This document shows positions 19,965 through 29,763 of a stretch of 64,000 nt of DNA, in pieces (the stretch's first letter is position 1; each line of letters starts with the position of its first letter). The notes below the pieces were generated by a model. That model was given only the letters and a program-made list of their open reading frames with translations, made no database searches and was not told where the DNA came from. A program made the position numbers and the translations under genes. Source of the DNA: Terriglobia bacterium (GTDB lineage: Bacteria; Acidobacteriota; Terriglobia; JAJPHL01; JAPKYU01); the NCBI GenBank assembly GCA_965206645.1, contig CBDBKE010000004.1, positions 64,001 to 128,000 on the forward strand, in the 5' to 3' direction.

Positions 19965-21220
19965 TGACCAGACCGATTTTTTGTACCAACCGTAGTGAGA
20001 GTTTACATCGCAGCCTGGGGCTGTGAAACTGGTTTCAGTGGCAGGGGAGGGCTATAGGCCCCCGGCGCCGGGGGCCTATAGCCGAGCGCCGAGTGCGGCC
20101 GCACCGTGTTGTATTGCACCCTCCACTGTTCAATCACCACCTGTGCCTCCTTCAACGAGTAGAAGATCTCTCCATTCAGGCATTCGTCCCGCAGCTTCCC
20201 ATTGAAACTCTCGCAGTACCCGTTCTCCCAGGGACTGCCCGGTTCGATGTACAGTGTCCCGGTCCCTAGATTTGCCAACCACTGGCGCAGTTGTTTGGCG
20301 ATGAACTCGGGACCATTGTCGGATCGAATCTGTTCCGGTATCCCTCGCCACAACATCACGTCCGACAACGCCTCAATGATTTGTTGGCTGCCCATCCTCC
20401 GCTCCACCCGGATCGCCAGGCATTCCCGCGTGTACTCATCCAGCAAGGTCAGCATCCCTCGCCGCAGCGTTCTCCCCTCGTGCGTTCTGGCACTCATGAA
20501 GTCGTAGCTCCACACGTGGTTCGGTCGCTCCGGCCTCAGTCGTACACAGGAACCGTCGTTCAGCCACAGCCGTCCTCGCGGCCTTTGTTTTTGCGGCACT
20601 TTCAGCCCTTCCCGCCGCCAAATCCGCTGCACCCGGTCCTTGCCCACTTCCCAGCCCGCACTCCGCAGCAACGCTGTGATCCTCCGGTAGCCATATCGCC
20701 CGTACTTCGCTCCCAGGGCAATGATCGCTCGGGTCAGAGCATCCTCGTCCACCCGATGAATCGGCTCGTATCGTTGTGTCCCTCGCCATTGCCCCAGCAG
20801 CCGGCAGGCATGCCGTTCCGACAACCCGTGTTGCTCCCACGCACGCTCCACCGCACAACGCCGCCGCTCAGGGCTCAGAAGTTTCCCTGTGCCACATCCC
20901 GCAGCACCTGCTTCTCCAGAGAAAGCTCCGCTACCAACCGCTTCAGCCGCGTGTTTTCCTTCTCCAACTCCTTCAGCCGTTTTGCCTGCACCACCTTCAG
21001 CCCGCCGTATTCCTTCCGCCACCGGTAGTAGGTTTGGGTGTGGATTCCAGCTTCTTTGCAGGCTTGGGGCGCAGTCTTCCCGTTCCCCATCTGCATTTCT
21101 ATCTGCCGTAGCACCGCTACAATCTGCTCCGGCTTGTAACTCCTTGTCGGCATGACCTCACTTCCTCCTCAAGTGGATTCTCTCTCTTTCCACTTGGTAC
21201 AAAAAGTGCCGGTCAGGTCA
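19965..21220 (-). mobile_element. IS3-family element, copy C (1256 bp; 6-bp in-frame insertion in orfB)
   Basis: Same IRs and ORFs as copy A; TLRRGMLTLL versus TLRLLTLL. Confidence 0.95.
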
Positions 21221-21399
21221 GGTCAGCGGCATGAGGGGGCAACTCCTGTTTGGTGTCTTCCTGTTGCCCCCAGAGTTGCCCCACATGCAGGGGCGGCTGT
21301 CCCGGAAACTGAGGGGACCATGTCGGACAGTATAACAGGCCTAAAGCCCGTATGAACAGTGCCTTATGGGTGGTTATTGGACCCGGTCGGACTGATAAA

Positions 21400-21474
21400 T
21401 GGTAGCGGTACCGGGAATCGAACCCGGGTTCCCAGATTGAGAATCTGGTGTCCTAACCCCTAGACGATACCGCC
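21400..21474 (-). tRNA. tRNA-Glu(CTC)
   Basis: GGCGGTA acceptor stem, anticodon arm CCAGA-TTCTCAA-TCTGG, GGTTCGATTCC T-arm, encoded CCA. Confidence 0.95.
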
Positions 21475-21485
21475 ACTTTGGACCC

Positions 21486-21514
21486 AGTGTAGCCAGCGAT
21501 CGGTAGGTCGTCAA
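21486..21514 (-). promoter_or_regulatory. Sigma70-type promoter for tRNA-Glu
   Basis: TTGACG-17 bp-TACACT just upstream of the tRNA. Confidence 0.6.
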
Positions 21515-21533
21515 GCGAGACGGAAGGGGAAGG

Positions 21534-21842
21534 TCAGTTCAACCGAACGTGGGCGCGCAAGCGGCGCAACTTGGCCCGGCTGATGCCGCGAATGATCAAC
21601 AGCTCCTCGACGCGGCGGAACCGCCCGTTGCGGCTGCGATGGTGAATGATGGCGCGCGCAGTGGCCGGTCCGACACCCGGCAACTACTGCAGTTCGGTGG
21701 CTAAGGCACTGTTGACGTCCACCGGTTGAGCGGGAGGCGGCCTGCCTGCTGGCTTTTTTTCAGCTGGCGTCTTATCTGCTGGGGCTGTGAGTGCGTTGAT
21801 GGCCAGCAGCAGGAGCGCACACAGTAAAACAGCCCGAAACAT
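21534..21842 (-). pseudogene. comEA: ComEA-like helix-hairpin-helix DNA-binding protein with in-frame TAG
   Basis: Hand translation: signal peptide...VDVNSALATELQ*LPGVGPATARAII..R..NGRFRRVEELLIIRGI. Confidence 0.8.
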
Positions 21843-21882
21843 AGCCCGATCGTACACCCAGAGCTTGCATTAGACTAGACCG

Positions 21883-24066
21883 GTGCCCGAACCTCCTTCG
21901 GCCGCCGAACTGCTGTCGCCGGGAGGCTCCGTAGCTCGCCTGTTACCCCACTACGAGGCCCGTCTCGAACAGCAGCAGATGGCCGAACTGGTGGACCGCG
22001 CGCTTGGAGAGAACAAGCTCGCGGTCATCGAAGCCGGCCCCGGCACGGGAAAGAGTTTCGGCTACCTGTTCGCCCTCTTGCTGCATGCCCTCCGGACCGG
22101 AACAGCGGCGGTGGTCAGTTCCAGCACCCACGTCCTTCAGGACCAGCTTATCCAGAGGGACATTCCTTTCACGCAAAGAGTTCTGGAAGAACATGGCATC
22201 GAGTTCCGGGCGGCGGAAGTCAAGGGTATGGGCACGTATTTGTGTCGACTTGCACTGGCGGAGACCTCGGGCGCCCTGATTGTGGATTTCCCGGACGCCG
22301 TAGGGAAGCTGGAGCGCTGGGCCGAGCAGGCTCGCGAAGGCACACGGAGCGAAGCGCCCGCCGTCCCCCCTGAGGTATGGGAGCAAGTCCGCGCCGAGCG
22401 CGACACTTGCACCCGCGACAGGTGCCGCTTCTACGACTCCTGCTTCTTCTTCAACGCTCGCCGGCGTGCCGCCCAGGCACACCTGTTGGTGGCCAACCAT
22501 AGCCTGGTGTTCGCCGACCTGGCAATCAAAGAGGAAGGCGGCCGCGTGCTACCCCACTACACGGTTTTGGTCCTGGACGAAGCTCACAACGTCGAAGACG
22601 CAGCCACTCGCTTCCTGGGCTTGGAGATCAGCCTGTCCGGTCTGAAGATGCTGCTGCACCGCCTGTACGATGGGCGCGGGCGAGGCGCGCTGCCTGGGCT
22701 GGAGCAGGCAGTGCCTGACTTTCGAAGATTGCCGGCGGGCGAGCGTCGCGCCCTACCCGACTTCCTTCAGCGGCAAGTCTATCCGGAGGTGGGTAATGCC
22801 GAGGCGGCGCTGGAGAACGCCTTCCGGGGCATCGAGCGCGCTTACCACGAGCTGGTGCCCAACCCGGAGCATGCCCGGGAAATCCCGAAGCCGCTGCGGC
22901 TGACGCCGAGGATTTACGAGCACGGCGCGCTGGTCCACGCGCAGGTGGCAACTCACCACATGGCAGCGACGCTAGAACTGGTCGCGAACCGCGTGGGGCA
23001 ATTCCTTCGCCGAGTGGAACCCGCCGAGGACCTTCTGAACAGCCGCGATTTTATCACCGCGCGCTCGGCTTGCCGATCCCTCCGCGAACGCGCCCTGGAC
23101 ATCAAGGACTTTTTCGAACCCACCAGTGGCGTGGGAGAACTTGTGAAGTGGATCCAGCCGGATACTACGAAGAAAGGCGCCTTTCGCCTCAAGCTGGCCT
23201 CGGCACCGCTAGATTTGGCGCCGCACCTGGAACAGCGCCTGTTCAAGAAACTCGATGCCTGCCTCCTGACCAGCGCCACTCTGGCTGCCGGCCGCCAGTT
23301 TGAGTACATTCGCGAGCGGCTCGGCCTGGCCGGCGATCTGGCGCCCCGCACCGAGACGCTGCTATTGGATTCCCCGTTTGACTACCAGCGGAATGTGCTG
23401 GTCGGAATCCCCGACGACCTGCCTGAGCCCACTGATCGCGGGCAGGACTTTCAGCAAGAAGCAGCCCGGTTTATCTGGCGGGCGCTGAAGGTGTCGCGTG
23501 GCCGGTCGCTGGTGTTGTTCCATGCCTGGTTCACGCTGCGGGCCACCCACCAGCTGATCGCTCCACATGCGGAGAAACTTGGCTTCCGTGTGCTCTGCCA
23601 GGGTGAGCTTTCCAGGAACCGCCTGATTGAAGTCTTCCGGCGGGACCTGAACTCAGTGCTACTGGCCACAACCAGCTACCGCGAGGGCATTGACGTGCCA
23701 GGCGAAGCGCTCTCCAATCTGATCCTGCACCGGCTCCCATTTCCGGTGCCGGACGAGCCGGTGACCGAAGCCCGCATGGAGCGTATCGAAGAAGACGGGA
23801 GGAGCAGTTTTCGGGAGTACGAGCTGCCGGCCGCCGTCATCGCCTTTAAGCAGGCGTTCGGCCGGCTGATCCGACGCCGAACCGACTACGGGATTTTCCT
23901 GTGCCTGGATAAGCGGCTCCTCACACGGCGCTACGGCGGGCAGTTCTTGCAGGCTTTACCGAGGTGCGAGATCGTGGGGGGGCCAAAAGAAAAAGTCCTG
24001 GGGCGCGCAGCTGAGTTTCTGCGGCACCGGGACCAAAGTGGGTCGCCACGCAGTGGGACCCTTTAG
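21883..24066 (+). CDS. DinG/YoaA-family ATP-dependent DNA helicase (Fe-S)
   Basis: EAGPGTGKS, Fe-S cysteines, NHSL, DEAH, SATL, SPFDY, EGIDVPG, QAFGRLIR. Confidence 0.93.
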   Translation: MPEPPSAAELLSPGGSVARLLPHYEARLEQQQMAELVDRALGENKLAVIEAGPGTGKSFGYLFALLLHALRTGTAAVVSSSTHVLQDQLIQRDIPFTQRVLEEHGIEFRAAEVKGMGTYLCRLALAETSGALIVDFPDAVGKLERWAEQAREGTRSEAPAVPPEVWEQVRAERDTCTRDRCRFYDSCFFFNARRRAAQAHLLVANHSLVFADLAIKEEGGRVLPHYTVLVLDEAHNVEDAATRFLGLEISLSGLKMLLHRLYDGRGRGALPGLEQAVPDFRRLPAGERRALPDFLQRQVYPEVGNAEAALENAFRGIERAYHELVPNPEHAREIPKPLRLTPRIYEHGALVHAQVATHHMAATLELVANRVGQFLRRVEPAEDLLNSRDFITARSACRSLRERALDIKDFFEPTSGVGELVKWIQPDTTKKGAFRLKLASAPLDLAPHLEQRLFKKLDACLLTSATLAAGRQFEYIRERLGLAGDLAPRTETLLLDSPFDYQRNVLVGIPDDLPEPTDRGQDFQQEAARFIWRALKVSRGRSLVLFHAWFTLRATHQLIAPHAEKLGFRVLCQGELSRNRLIEVFRRDLNSVLLATTSYREGIDVPGEALSNLILHRLPFPVPDEPVTEARMERIEEDGRSSFREYELPAAVIAFKQAFGRLIRRRTDYGIFLCLDKRLLTRRYGGQFLQALPRCEIVGGPKEKVLGRAAEFLRHRDQSGSPRSGTL

Positions 24067-24186
24067 GCCGCCATCTCTTTTCAGGGTGGTTCAGGATGGG
24101 ATACTAGGCCAGGCGCTACCGGGCCTTGCTGACTGACCCGGTCCCCCAGTAAAATAAGCATTGCTTCCTCTGGCGGTGCTACCCAC

Positions 24187-24260
24187 TGGGAGATGGTGTA
24201 ATGGTAACACGGCAGACTCTGGATCTGCTTATCCAGGTTCGAATCCTGGTCTCCCAGCCA
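24187..24260 (+). tRNA. tRNA-Gln(CTG)
   Basis: TGGGAGA...GCAGA-CTCTGGA-TCTGC...GGTTCGAATCC...GCCA. Confidence 0.95.
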
Positions 24261-24392
24261 ACTACGATCAGCACGGTTGTCAGCTTGAATTGACAGCGGT
24301 TGCTGGCGTATGATTTCGGGCGGCATGGAAGCTCGGATCGGGCATTCCGGGTATAATCGCTGGACCAAATAACGGGAGTAGCCTCTACGATT

Positions 24393-24764
24393 ATGAAGAA
24401 AATCCTTGTGGCTGAAGACGACGCTTCGATTCGCCGCATTGTGGAGATAGCTTTGGCTGAGGAAGGGATGGAGGTCATTCCCGCCGTCGACGGCGAAGAG
24501 GCGTTTCAGAAAGCGTTGAAAGAGCAACCAGATGCAATACTGCTGAACATCATGATGCCGAAGATGAATGGCCTGGAAGTTTGTGCGAAGCTGAAAGCCA
24601 ACCAAATAACAGCTGAGCTTCCGATTGGGTTTCTCACCGCGCAAAAGGAATTCAGCTCCTATAAACAAGCCCAAGAACTAGGAGGCTTGCTCTACGTCAC
24701 CAAACCCTTCGAACCCAAGAGGCTAGTTAACTTCGTGGGAGTATTGATGGCTTCGAAGGGGTAA
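24393..24764 (+). CDS. Single-domain response regulator (CheY-like) with Asn at the phosphoacceptor position
   Basis: ILVAEDD...PDAILLNIMMP...FLTA...TKPF. Confidence 0.88.
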   Translation: MKKILVAEDDASIRRIVEIALAEEGMEVIPAVDGEEAFQKALKEQPDAILLNIMMPKMNGLEVCAKLKANQITAELPIGFLTAQKEFSSYKQAQELGGLLYVTKPFEPKRLVNFVGVLMASKG

Positions 24765-24785
24765 GTTCTTGGGCGCACCCACCCG

Positions 24786-24875
24786 GATGGTGCAACACGG
24801 CGCGGCCCCATGCGGAGCGCTAGTACGGACTCTGGATCTGCTTATCGAGGTTCGCGAATCCTGGTCTCCCAACCA
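24786..24875 (+). pseudogene. Degenerate duplicate of tRNA-Gln
   Basis: GACTCTGGATCTGCTTATCGAGGTTCGCGAATCCTGGTCTCCCAACCA matches the tRNA 3' half; 5' remnant GATGGTG..AACACGGC is separated by an insertion. Confidence 0.8.
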
Positions 24876-25082
24876 ATTCTCCCTTAGTCAGTGCAACAAT
24901 CTCCGATGAAGTTCGGTTGCCGGAGCGGGATGTATGGAACGCCTGCTATCTTGCGGGGCGCGTGTTGAAGCAGTTACGCCACAATCTGAAGAATGGGATC
25001 GCCGTAAACGTCGGTGAGCCACAATGCTCGACGCTTGTTGGATTACAATAAGACCACTGCCGGTCAGATGAGGAGTCTTAAG

Positions 25083-26003
25083 ATGCGTGACGTCATCGTC
25101 ATTGGGTCCGGGTGCGCGGGGCTGACCGCGGCCCTCTACGCCGCGCGAGCGAACCTGAAACCCCTAGTCATTGAGGGCTGGGAAGCCGGCGGGCAATTGA
25201 GCTTGACCACAACGGTTGAGAATTATCCCGGCTTTCCCGAAGGAGTGATGGGACCGGACCTGATTCAGAAAATGAAGGAACAGGCCGCCAAATTCGACAC
25301 TGAGTACAAGCAGGGCTCGGTGACCCGAGCCGACCTTGCCCAGAGTCCCTTTCGAATCTGGGTGGAGGACGAGGAATTGCAAACCAGGGCGTTGATATTG
25401 GCCAACGGGGCCTCAGCCCGTCTGCTGGGCCTGGACGCGGAGAAGAAGTTGATGGGCCACGGGGTTTCCACCTGCGCCACTTGCGACGGCTTTTTTTTCC
25501 GCGGCAAGAAAGTGCTGGTGGTGGGCGGCGGGGACTCGGCCATGGAGGAAGGTACCTTCCTCACCAAATTTGCCGCCTCCGTAAACATCATCCACCGGCG
25601 CGATCAGTTTCGCGCCTCCAAGATCATGCTGGAACGCGCTCGCCGCAATGACAAGATCAAGCTCACCGTGGATACAGTCGTCGAAGACATTTACGACCCC
25701 AGCCGGGGGCAGGTCACCGGAGTGAAGCTGCGCAACGTGAAATCCAAACAGCCGAGCGAGCTGGAAGCCGACGGCGTCTTTCTCGCCATCGGCCACCAAC
25801 CCAACACCGACGTGCTCAAAGGCCAGATCGAGCTGGATCCCGAGGGATACGTAGTGACCCAGGACCACGTCCGCACCAGCGTCGAGGGGGTATTTGCCGC
25901 CGGCGACGTGCAAGACCGTGTCTTCCGCCAGGCTGTTACCGCTGCTGGCAGCGGGTGCATGGCCGCCATTGCCACGGAAAGGTGGCTGGAAGCCCAGCAC
26001 TAG
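25083..26003 (+). CDS. trxB: Thioredoxin-disulfide reductase
   Basis: GSGCAG, GGQL, CATCDGFFF, GGGDSAMEE, FAAGDV, QAVTAAG. Confidence 0.96.
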   Translation: MRDVIVIGSGCAGLTAALYAARANLKPLVIEGWEAGGQLSLTTTVENYPGFPEGVMGPDLIQKMKEQAAKFDTEYKQGSVTRADLAQSPFRIWVEDEELQTRALILANGASARLLGLDAEKKLMGHGVSTCATCDGFFFRGKKVLVVGGGDSAMEEGTFLTKFAASVNIIHRRDQFRASKIMLERARRNDKIKLTVDTVVEDIYDPSRGQVTGVKLRNVKSKQPSELEADGVFLAIGHQPNTDVLKGQIELDPEGYVVTQDHVRTSVEGVFAAGDVQDRVFRQAVTAAGSGCMAAIATERWLEAQH

Positions 26004-26031
26004 TTTTCCTCTTCGCTCTCCTCCGCTGCGC

Positions 26032-26946
26032 ATGCTGATCCGAAGCCTGCTGCTCCACTTGGCCGAGCGGCCTTCCATTCAAAAATTCATGCTGGAGTCG
26101 CGGGCCGTGCGCGCGCTGGCCCGCCGGTTCGTGGCCGGGGAAACAATCGAGGACGCACTACGTGCCGCCTGTGCAGTGCAGGAGGCCGGCTTCAGCGTCA
26201 GTCTGGACTACCTGGGCGAGCACGTCACCAACGAGGCGGAAGCCGCTGCTGCGCGCAACGTCTATCTCCAACTACTGGATGAGATTCAGGCTCGAGGCCT
26301 GAACACCAATGTATCGGTCAAGCTGACACAGCTAGGTCTGGACCTTTCCACGGAGCACTGCCAGCAGCGGCTGGCGGCGGTGGTGGAGCGAGCCGCTACC
26401 TACGGCAATTTTGTGCGGGTGGATATGGAAGGCTCCGGGTACACGGAGCGCACTCTGGAGTCGGTGCGCGCACTGCGGCGGCGGTTCGACAACCTGGGCG
26501 CGGTCATCCAGGCCTATTTGTATCGCACCGAGCAGGATGTCGAACAACTGCTGGCGGAAGGTATCCGCATCCGCTTGTGCAAAGGCGCCTACGACGAGTC
26601 GCCCGAAGTGGCCTACGCGCGCAAGTCCGACGTGGACGGCAACTTCCTGCGGCTGATGCGGCGGTTGCTTCCCAGCGGCCTCTATCACGCTATCGCCACG
26701 CACGATCCGCGGATGGTCCGCGCCACACGGGACTATTGCCGGGCCCAAGGAATTGGCCCGGAGGCGTTCGAGTTTCAGATGTTGTACGGAATCCGGCGCG
26801 ACCTGCAGCAGCGCCTGCGCCGTGAAGGATACCGGATGCGTATCTACATCCCCTTCGGGCGTCAGTGGTTTCCCTACCTGACCCGGCGTTTGGCCGAGCG
26901 TTCCGCCAACTTGGTATTCTTCCTGCGGAATCTGTTCCGGGACTGA
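26032..26946 (+). CDS. Monofunctional proline dehydrogenase
   Basis: RFVAGE, DYLGE, SVKLTQLG, RVDME, RLCKGAY, ATHD, FQMLYG, RRLAER. Confidence 0.93.
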   Translation: MLIRSLLLHLAERPSIQKFMLESRAVRALARRFVAGETIEDALRAACAVQEAGFSVSLDYLGEHVTNEAEAAAARNVYLQLLDEIQARGLNTNVSVKLTQLGLDLSTEHCQQRLAAVVERAATYGNFVRVDMEGSGYTERTLESVRALRRRFDNLGAVIQAYLYRTEQDVEQLLAEGIRIRLCKGAYDESPEVAYARKSDVDGNFLRLMRRLLPSGLYHAIATHDPRMVRATRDYCRAQGIGPEAFEFQMLYGIRRDLQQRLRREGYRMRIYIPFGRQWFPYLTRRLAERSANLVFFLRNLFRD

Positions 26947-27258
26947 TGAGAGGATCTGGCCAGCTGAAATCGCACGGCAAATCGTGCAGGCGCTAAACCT
27001 TCCCGAAGCGGAGGCGCGCCGAACTCGCGGCCCCACGGCTTCGCCAGCTGCCAAGCGGGGAAATTCGATCGAACCGGGGCATAGCCCGGCGGCTCACCCG
27101 CCTTTCCAGACCGAAAATCAGACTCACCGTGGTATACTGGGCCTGCGTTTGTTGCGCTCGCCCGTTCATTGACGCCGGCCACCTGGCTGGAAGTGCCGTT
27201 GGCGTCGTCCTTGGAAAGTCGAGAAGCCCAAATAGCTCAAGAACGAAGGGGATAGTTT

Positions 27259-27462
27259 GTGAAAGAAGAAGGTACTGTGAAGTGGTTCAACCCGTCAAAG
27301 GGATATGGGTTTATCCAACGGCAGACGGGCGAGGATGTCTTTGTTCATTTTTCGGCGATCCAGTCAGAGGGCTATCGGTCGTTGGAAGAGGGGCAAGCTG
27401 TTCAGTTTTCGGTCACCAAGGGTCCGAAGGGCCTGCAGGCCGAGGATGTTTCCCTTCTGTGA
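27259..27462 (+). CDS. Cold-shock protein (CspA family)
   Basis: [22 protein letters not shown]. Confidence 0.95.
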   Translation: MKEEGTVKWFNPSKGYGFIQRQTGEDVFVHFSAIQSEGYRSLEEGQAVQFSVTKGPKGLQAEDVSLL

Positions 27463-27474
27463 GTCCGAGTCCGA

Positions 27475-27501
27475 GCGAGCGGAGTAAGTTACTCCGCTCG
27501 C
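27475..27501 (+). terminator. Strong hairpin after the csp gene
   Basis: GCGAGCGGAGTAA-G-TTACTCCGCTCGC; no clear U-tract. Confidence 0.45.
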
Positions 27502-27600
27502 ACCGTGCCTATCCTGGTAGCGGCAAGGTCGCAGCAAGATTTCGATTCCCGGGTTTTGTCCCTGCCACGTACCCTCGCCACCATTGAGAAAGGAAGAAGC

Positions 27601-27948
27601 ATGAAAAAGCTATATGTCGGGAACATGAGCTTCGAAACAACGGAGAGCGAGTTGCGATCGCTGTTTGAGCCATTTGGGGAAGTCGGCGAAATACACGTCG
27701 CGACAGATCGTGCCACGGGCCGCGCCCGAGGGTTCGCTTTCGTAGAATTGATTGACGACGAATCAGCGATCAAGGCTATGGCGGAATTGAACGGAAAAGT
27801 AGTGGCTGGTCGAGCCCTGAACGTGAACGAGGCGCGTCCCAAGCCGCAACAGAGCTTTGGCGGCGGCAGCAAACGTCGCGGCGGCGGCCGGTTCTCGCGA
27901 GATGATTACCGTGGTTCCGCACGGCAGCCCCGTGAGCCCCGCTGGTAG
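27601..27948 (+). CDS. RRM (RNP-1) RNA-binding protein with Gly/Arg-rich tail
   Basis: LYVGNMSF, RGFAFVE, LNVNEARP. Confidence 0.94.
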   Translation: MKKLYVGNMSFETTESELRSLFEPFGEVGEIHVATDRATGRARGFAFVELIDDESAIKAMAELNGKVVAGRALNVNEARPKPQQSFGGGSKRRGGGRFSRDDYRGSARQPREPRW

Positions 27949-28016
27949 CGCAGCGAGCGTGTTTGCGGAGCGAGAGTTTGCGTCGCGTTTCCAAACTTTG
28001 ATGTGAGGGAGGGTTT

Positions 28017-28265
28017 ATGGCCCAGCGAGGACGGATGACCTTTCAAAAGCGCCAGAAAGAGATTGCGAGGAAAGAAAAGCGGCGCATGAAAGTAGAACGC
28101 CGGGTCCAAAGAAAGGCGGCCGGCGGCCTCGAACAACTCGAATTTGAGAGCCAGTCCGCGTTGGAATCGGAAACGCAAGAACCCATGGAGCAGGCCCAAG
28201 AACTCAGGGACGGGAGTTCCACCTCCGGATCGGAAACGCCAGCAGCCGAGGCAAATTCAGGCTAG
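28017..28265 (+). CDS. Small protein with basic N-terminus and acidic tail
   Basis: GGAGG RBS; TFQKRQKEIARKEKRRMK. Confidence 0.65.
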   Translation: MAQRGRMTFQKRQKEIARKEKRRMKVERRVQRKAAGGLEQLEFESQSALESETQEPMEQAQELRDGSSTSGSETPAAEANSG

Positions 28266-28423
28266 TTTTGCCTCGATTGCATACTCCTCTGCTTTCCTCC
28301 GGACACGACGGTCCGCACCGTTGCCAAAGAGCAGTGACCATGAACAGCACGGCAAACCGATCCGTAGTCTGTCACCGTGGCGCAGCTTCTCTCTTTCTGG
28401 GCAGATGAGGAGGATGGTGGAGC

Positions 28424-28777
28424 ATGCTTATATACACGGGATTTACCGTAGTGCCGGGCGGCCGCGAATATGGTTTCTCTGTCCCCGGGAACAACACTCC
28501 AACTCGTTCCTTCACCGTAGTGATCGGGGATGCCGCCTTTCGGCCGGGCCTTCTCAAGTACCAGGAAGGACCGGAAATTTGTTACGGCAAGCTGTTGACC
28601 GCTCTTGCGGCTGAACAGAGCGATTGCCCCTTATGCGCTCGGCAGGACGTGACCGAATCGGAGGTGGCCGAGTACAAGGCTTCAGGTCGCGCAAAGGTGG
28701 GAAGGTGGAGTGAAGAACGGCGCCTGGAGGCGAAGCGACGCTTCAAGGCGAACCGTGCGCAAGGTCTGGTACGGTGA
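28424..28777 (+). CDS. Hypothetical protein
   Basis: RBS and plausible amino-acid composition. Confidence 0.55.
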   Translation: MLIYTGFTVVPGGREYGFSVPGNNTPTRSFTVVIGDAAFRPGLLKYQEGPEICYGKLLTALAAEQSDCPLCARQDVTESEVAEYKASGRAKVGRWSEERRLEAKRRFKANRAQGLVR

Positions 28778-28926
28778 ACCTCCATTCGCCGGCAACTTTC
28801 GCGTAGATGCTCAGGGCACCTAATTTCGGTCAACCCCAACTGGTTTCCGCTACTGGCCCGCAGAGGTTCTACGAAAAGCAGTAAGAATCCCCCAAAGTTC
28901 TGAAGGTTCCAATAAAGCTTGGAAGC

Positions 28927-29172
28927 TTACAACTTTACGACGATGCGAGTATCGGTCTCGCTGACTCCCTCCAGGTTGTGGATCCGCCCCAGGACCAGTT
29001 CGCGAAGTTCCGTCTCGTCGCTGACTTCCACGTGGGCGATCACATCGGGACGGCCCCAGCAGGCATGCACGGTTTTCACCTCGGGGATTTCGTTCATGTC
29101 CCGAATAATCTTCCGCGCCCAGCCGGCATGCACGTTGATAAACACGTAGGCCTGCATTGCCATAGCCGTCAT
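28927..29172 (-). CDS. Lrp/AsnC ligand-binding-domain protein
   Basis: AYVFINV..G...V..VH.CWG.PDVIA.VE...GV.ETDTRIV; GGAGG RBS. Confidence 0.85.
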   Translation of the reverse strand: MTAMAMQAYVFINVHAGWARKIIRDMNEIPEVKTVHACWGRPDVIAHVEVSDETELRELVLGRIHNLEGVSETDTRIVVKL

Positions 29173-29395
29173 TCTACCTCCACCGGTCCTCGACGCGCGA
29201 GGGCCACTCCAATAACAGGACAAGAGGGGAGCTAGACGGTCAACTCCCCGGCAGCCCGTCGTCCACGGCCTGGCTCGCGCGGGCGCACCGGTCAGCTCGC
29301 AAACTTGCCGCTTCCCGCCTGCTCCCACCGATGAGGCATAGCTGGAGCGCACACGCGGAATGTGACTCAATCAAGCGGAAGGGGCAAAGAAAAAC

Positions 29396-29611
29396 CTAAT
29401 CGGGGAAGGAGAACTTTTCGACGTCTTTCCAGGCGCTGACCTTCAAGTGGCGGCAAACCCAGCAGAGCGTATCATTGTGCTTGCTGGCTCCCGGGTTGCC
29501 ACAGACGCGACACCGGAGCGACTTGGCGGCCTCAAATTCCTCGACCGAGGCTGGTGGTGGTGGAGGGGGCGAAGGATCAAATTGGGAGTCCTTTTCTGGG
29601 CGCTTCTTCAT
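29396..29611 (-). CDS. Small protein with CxxC...CxxC (possible Zn finger)
   Basis: CRVCG...LCWVCR. Confidence 0.5.
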   Translation of the reverse strand: MKKRPEKDSQFDPSPPPPPPASVEEFEAAKSLRCRVCGNPGASKHNDTLCWVCRHLKVSAWKDVEKFSFPD

Positions 29612-29763
29612 AAGAACATCCGCAGTTTCGTCTGCGTCTACTCAACAACTACTATATCACCTGCTGGTTTCTCTTGACGGGAAAAGATACACGCGTGCCG
29701 TAGCTATTATGAAACCTCAGACAGACAAAGACCAGCAGTCCAAGCGCCGGTCGAAGGCTGCCG

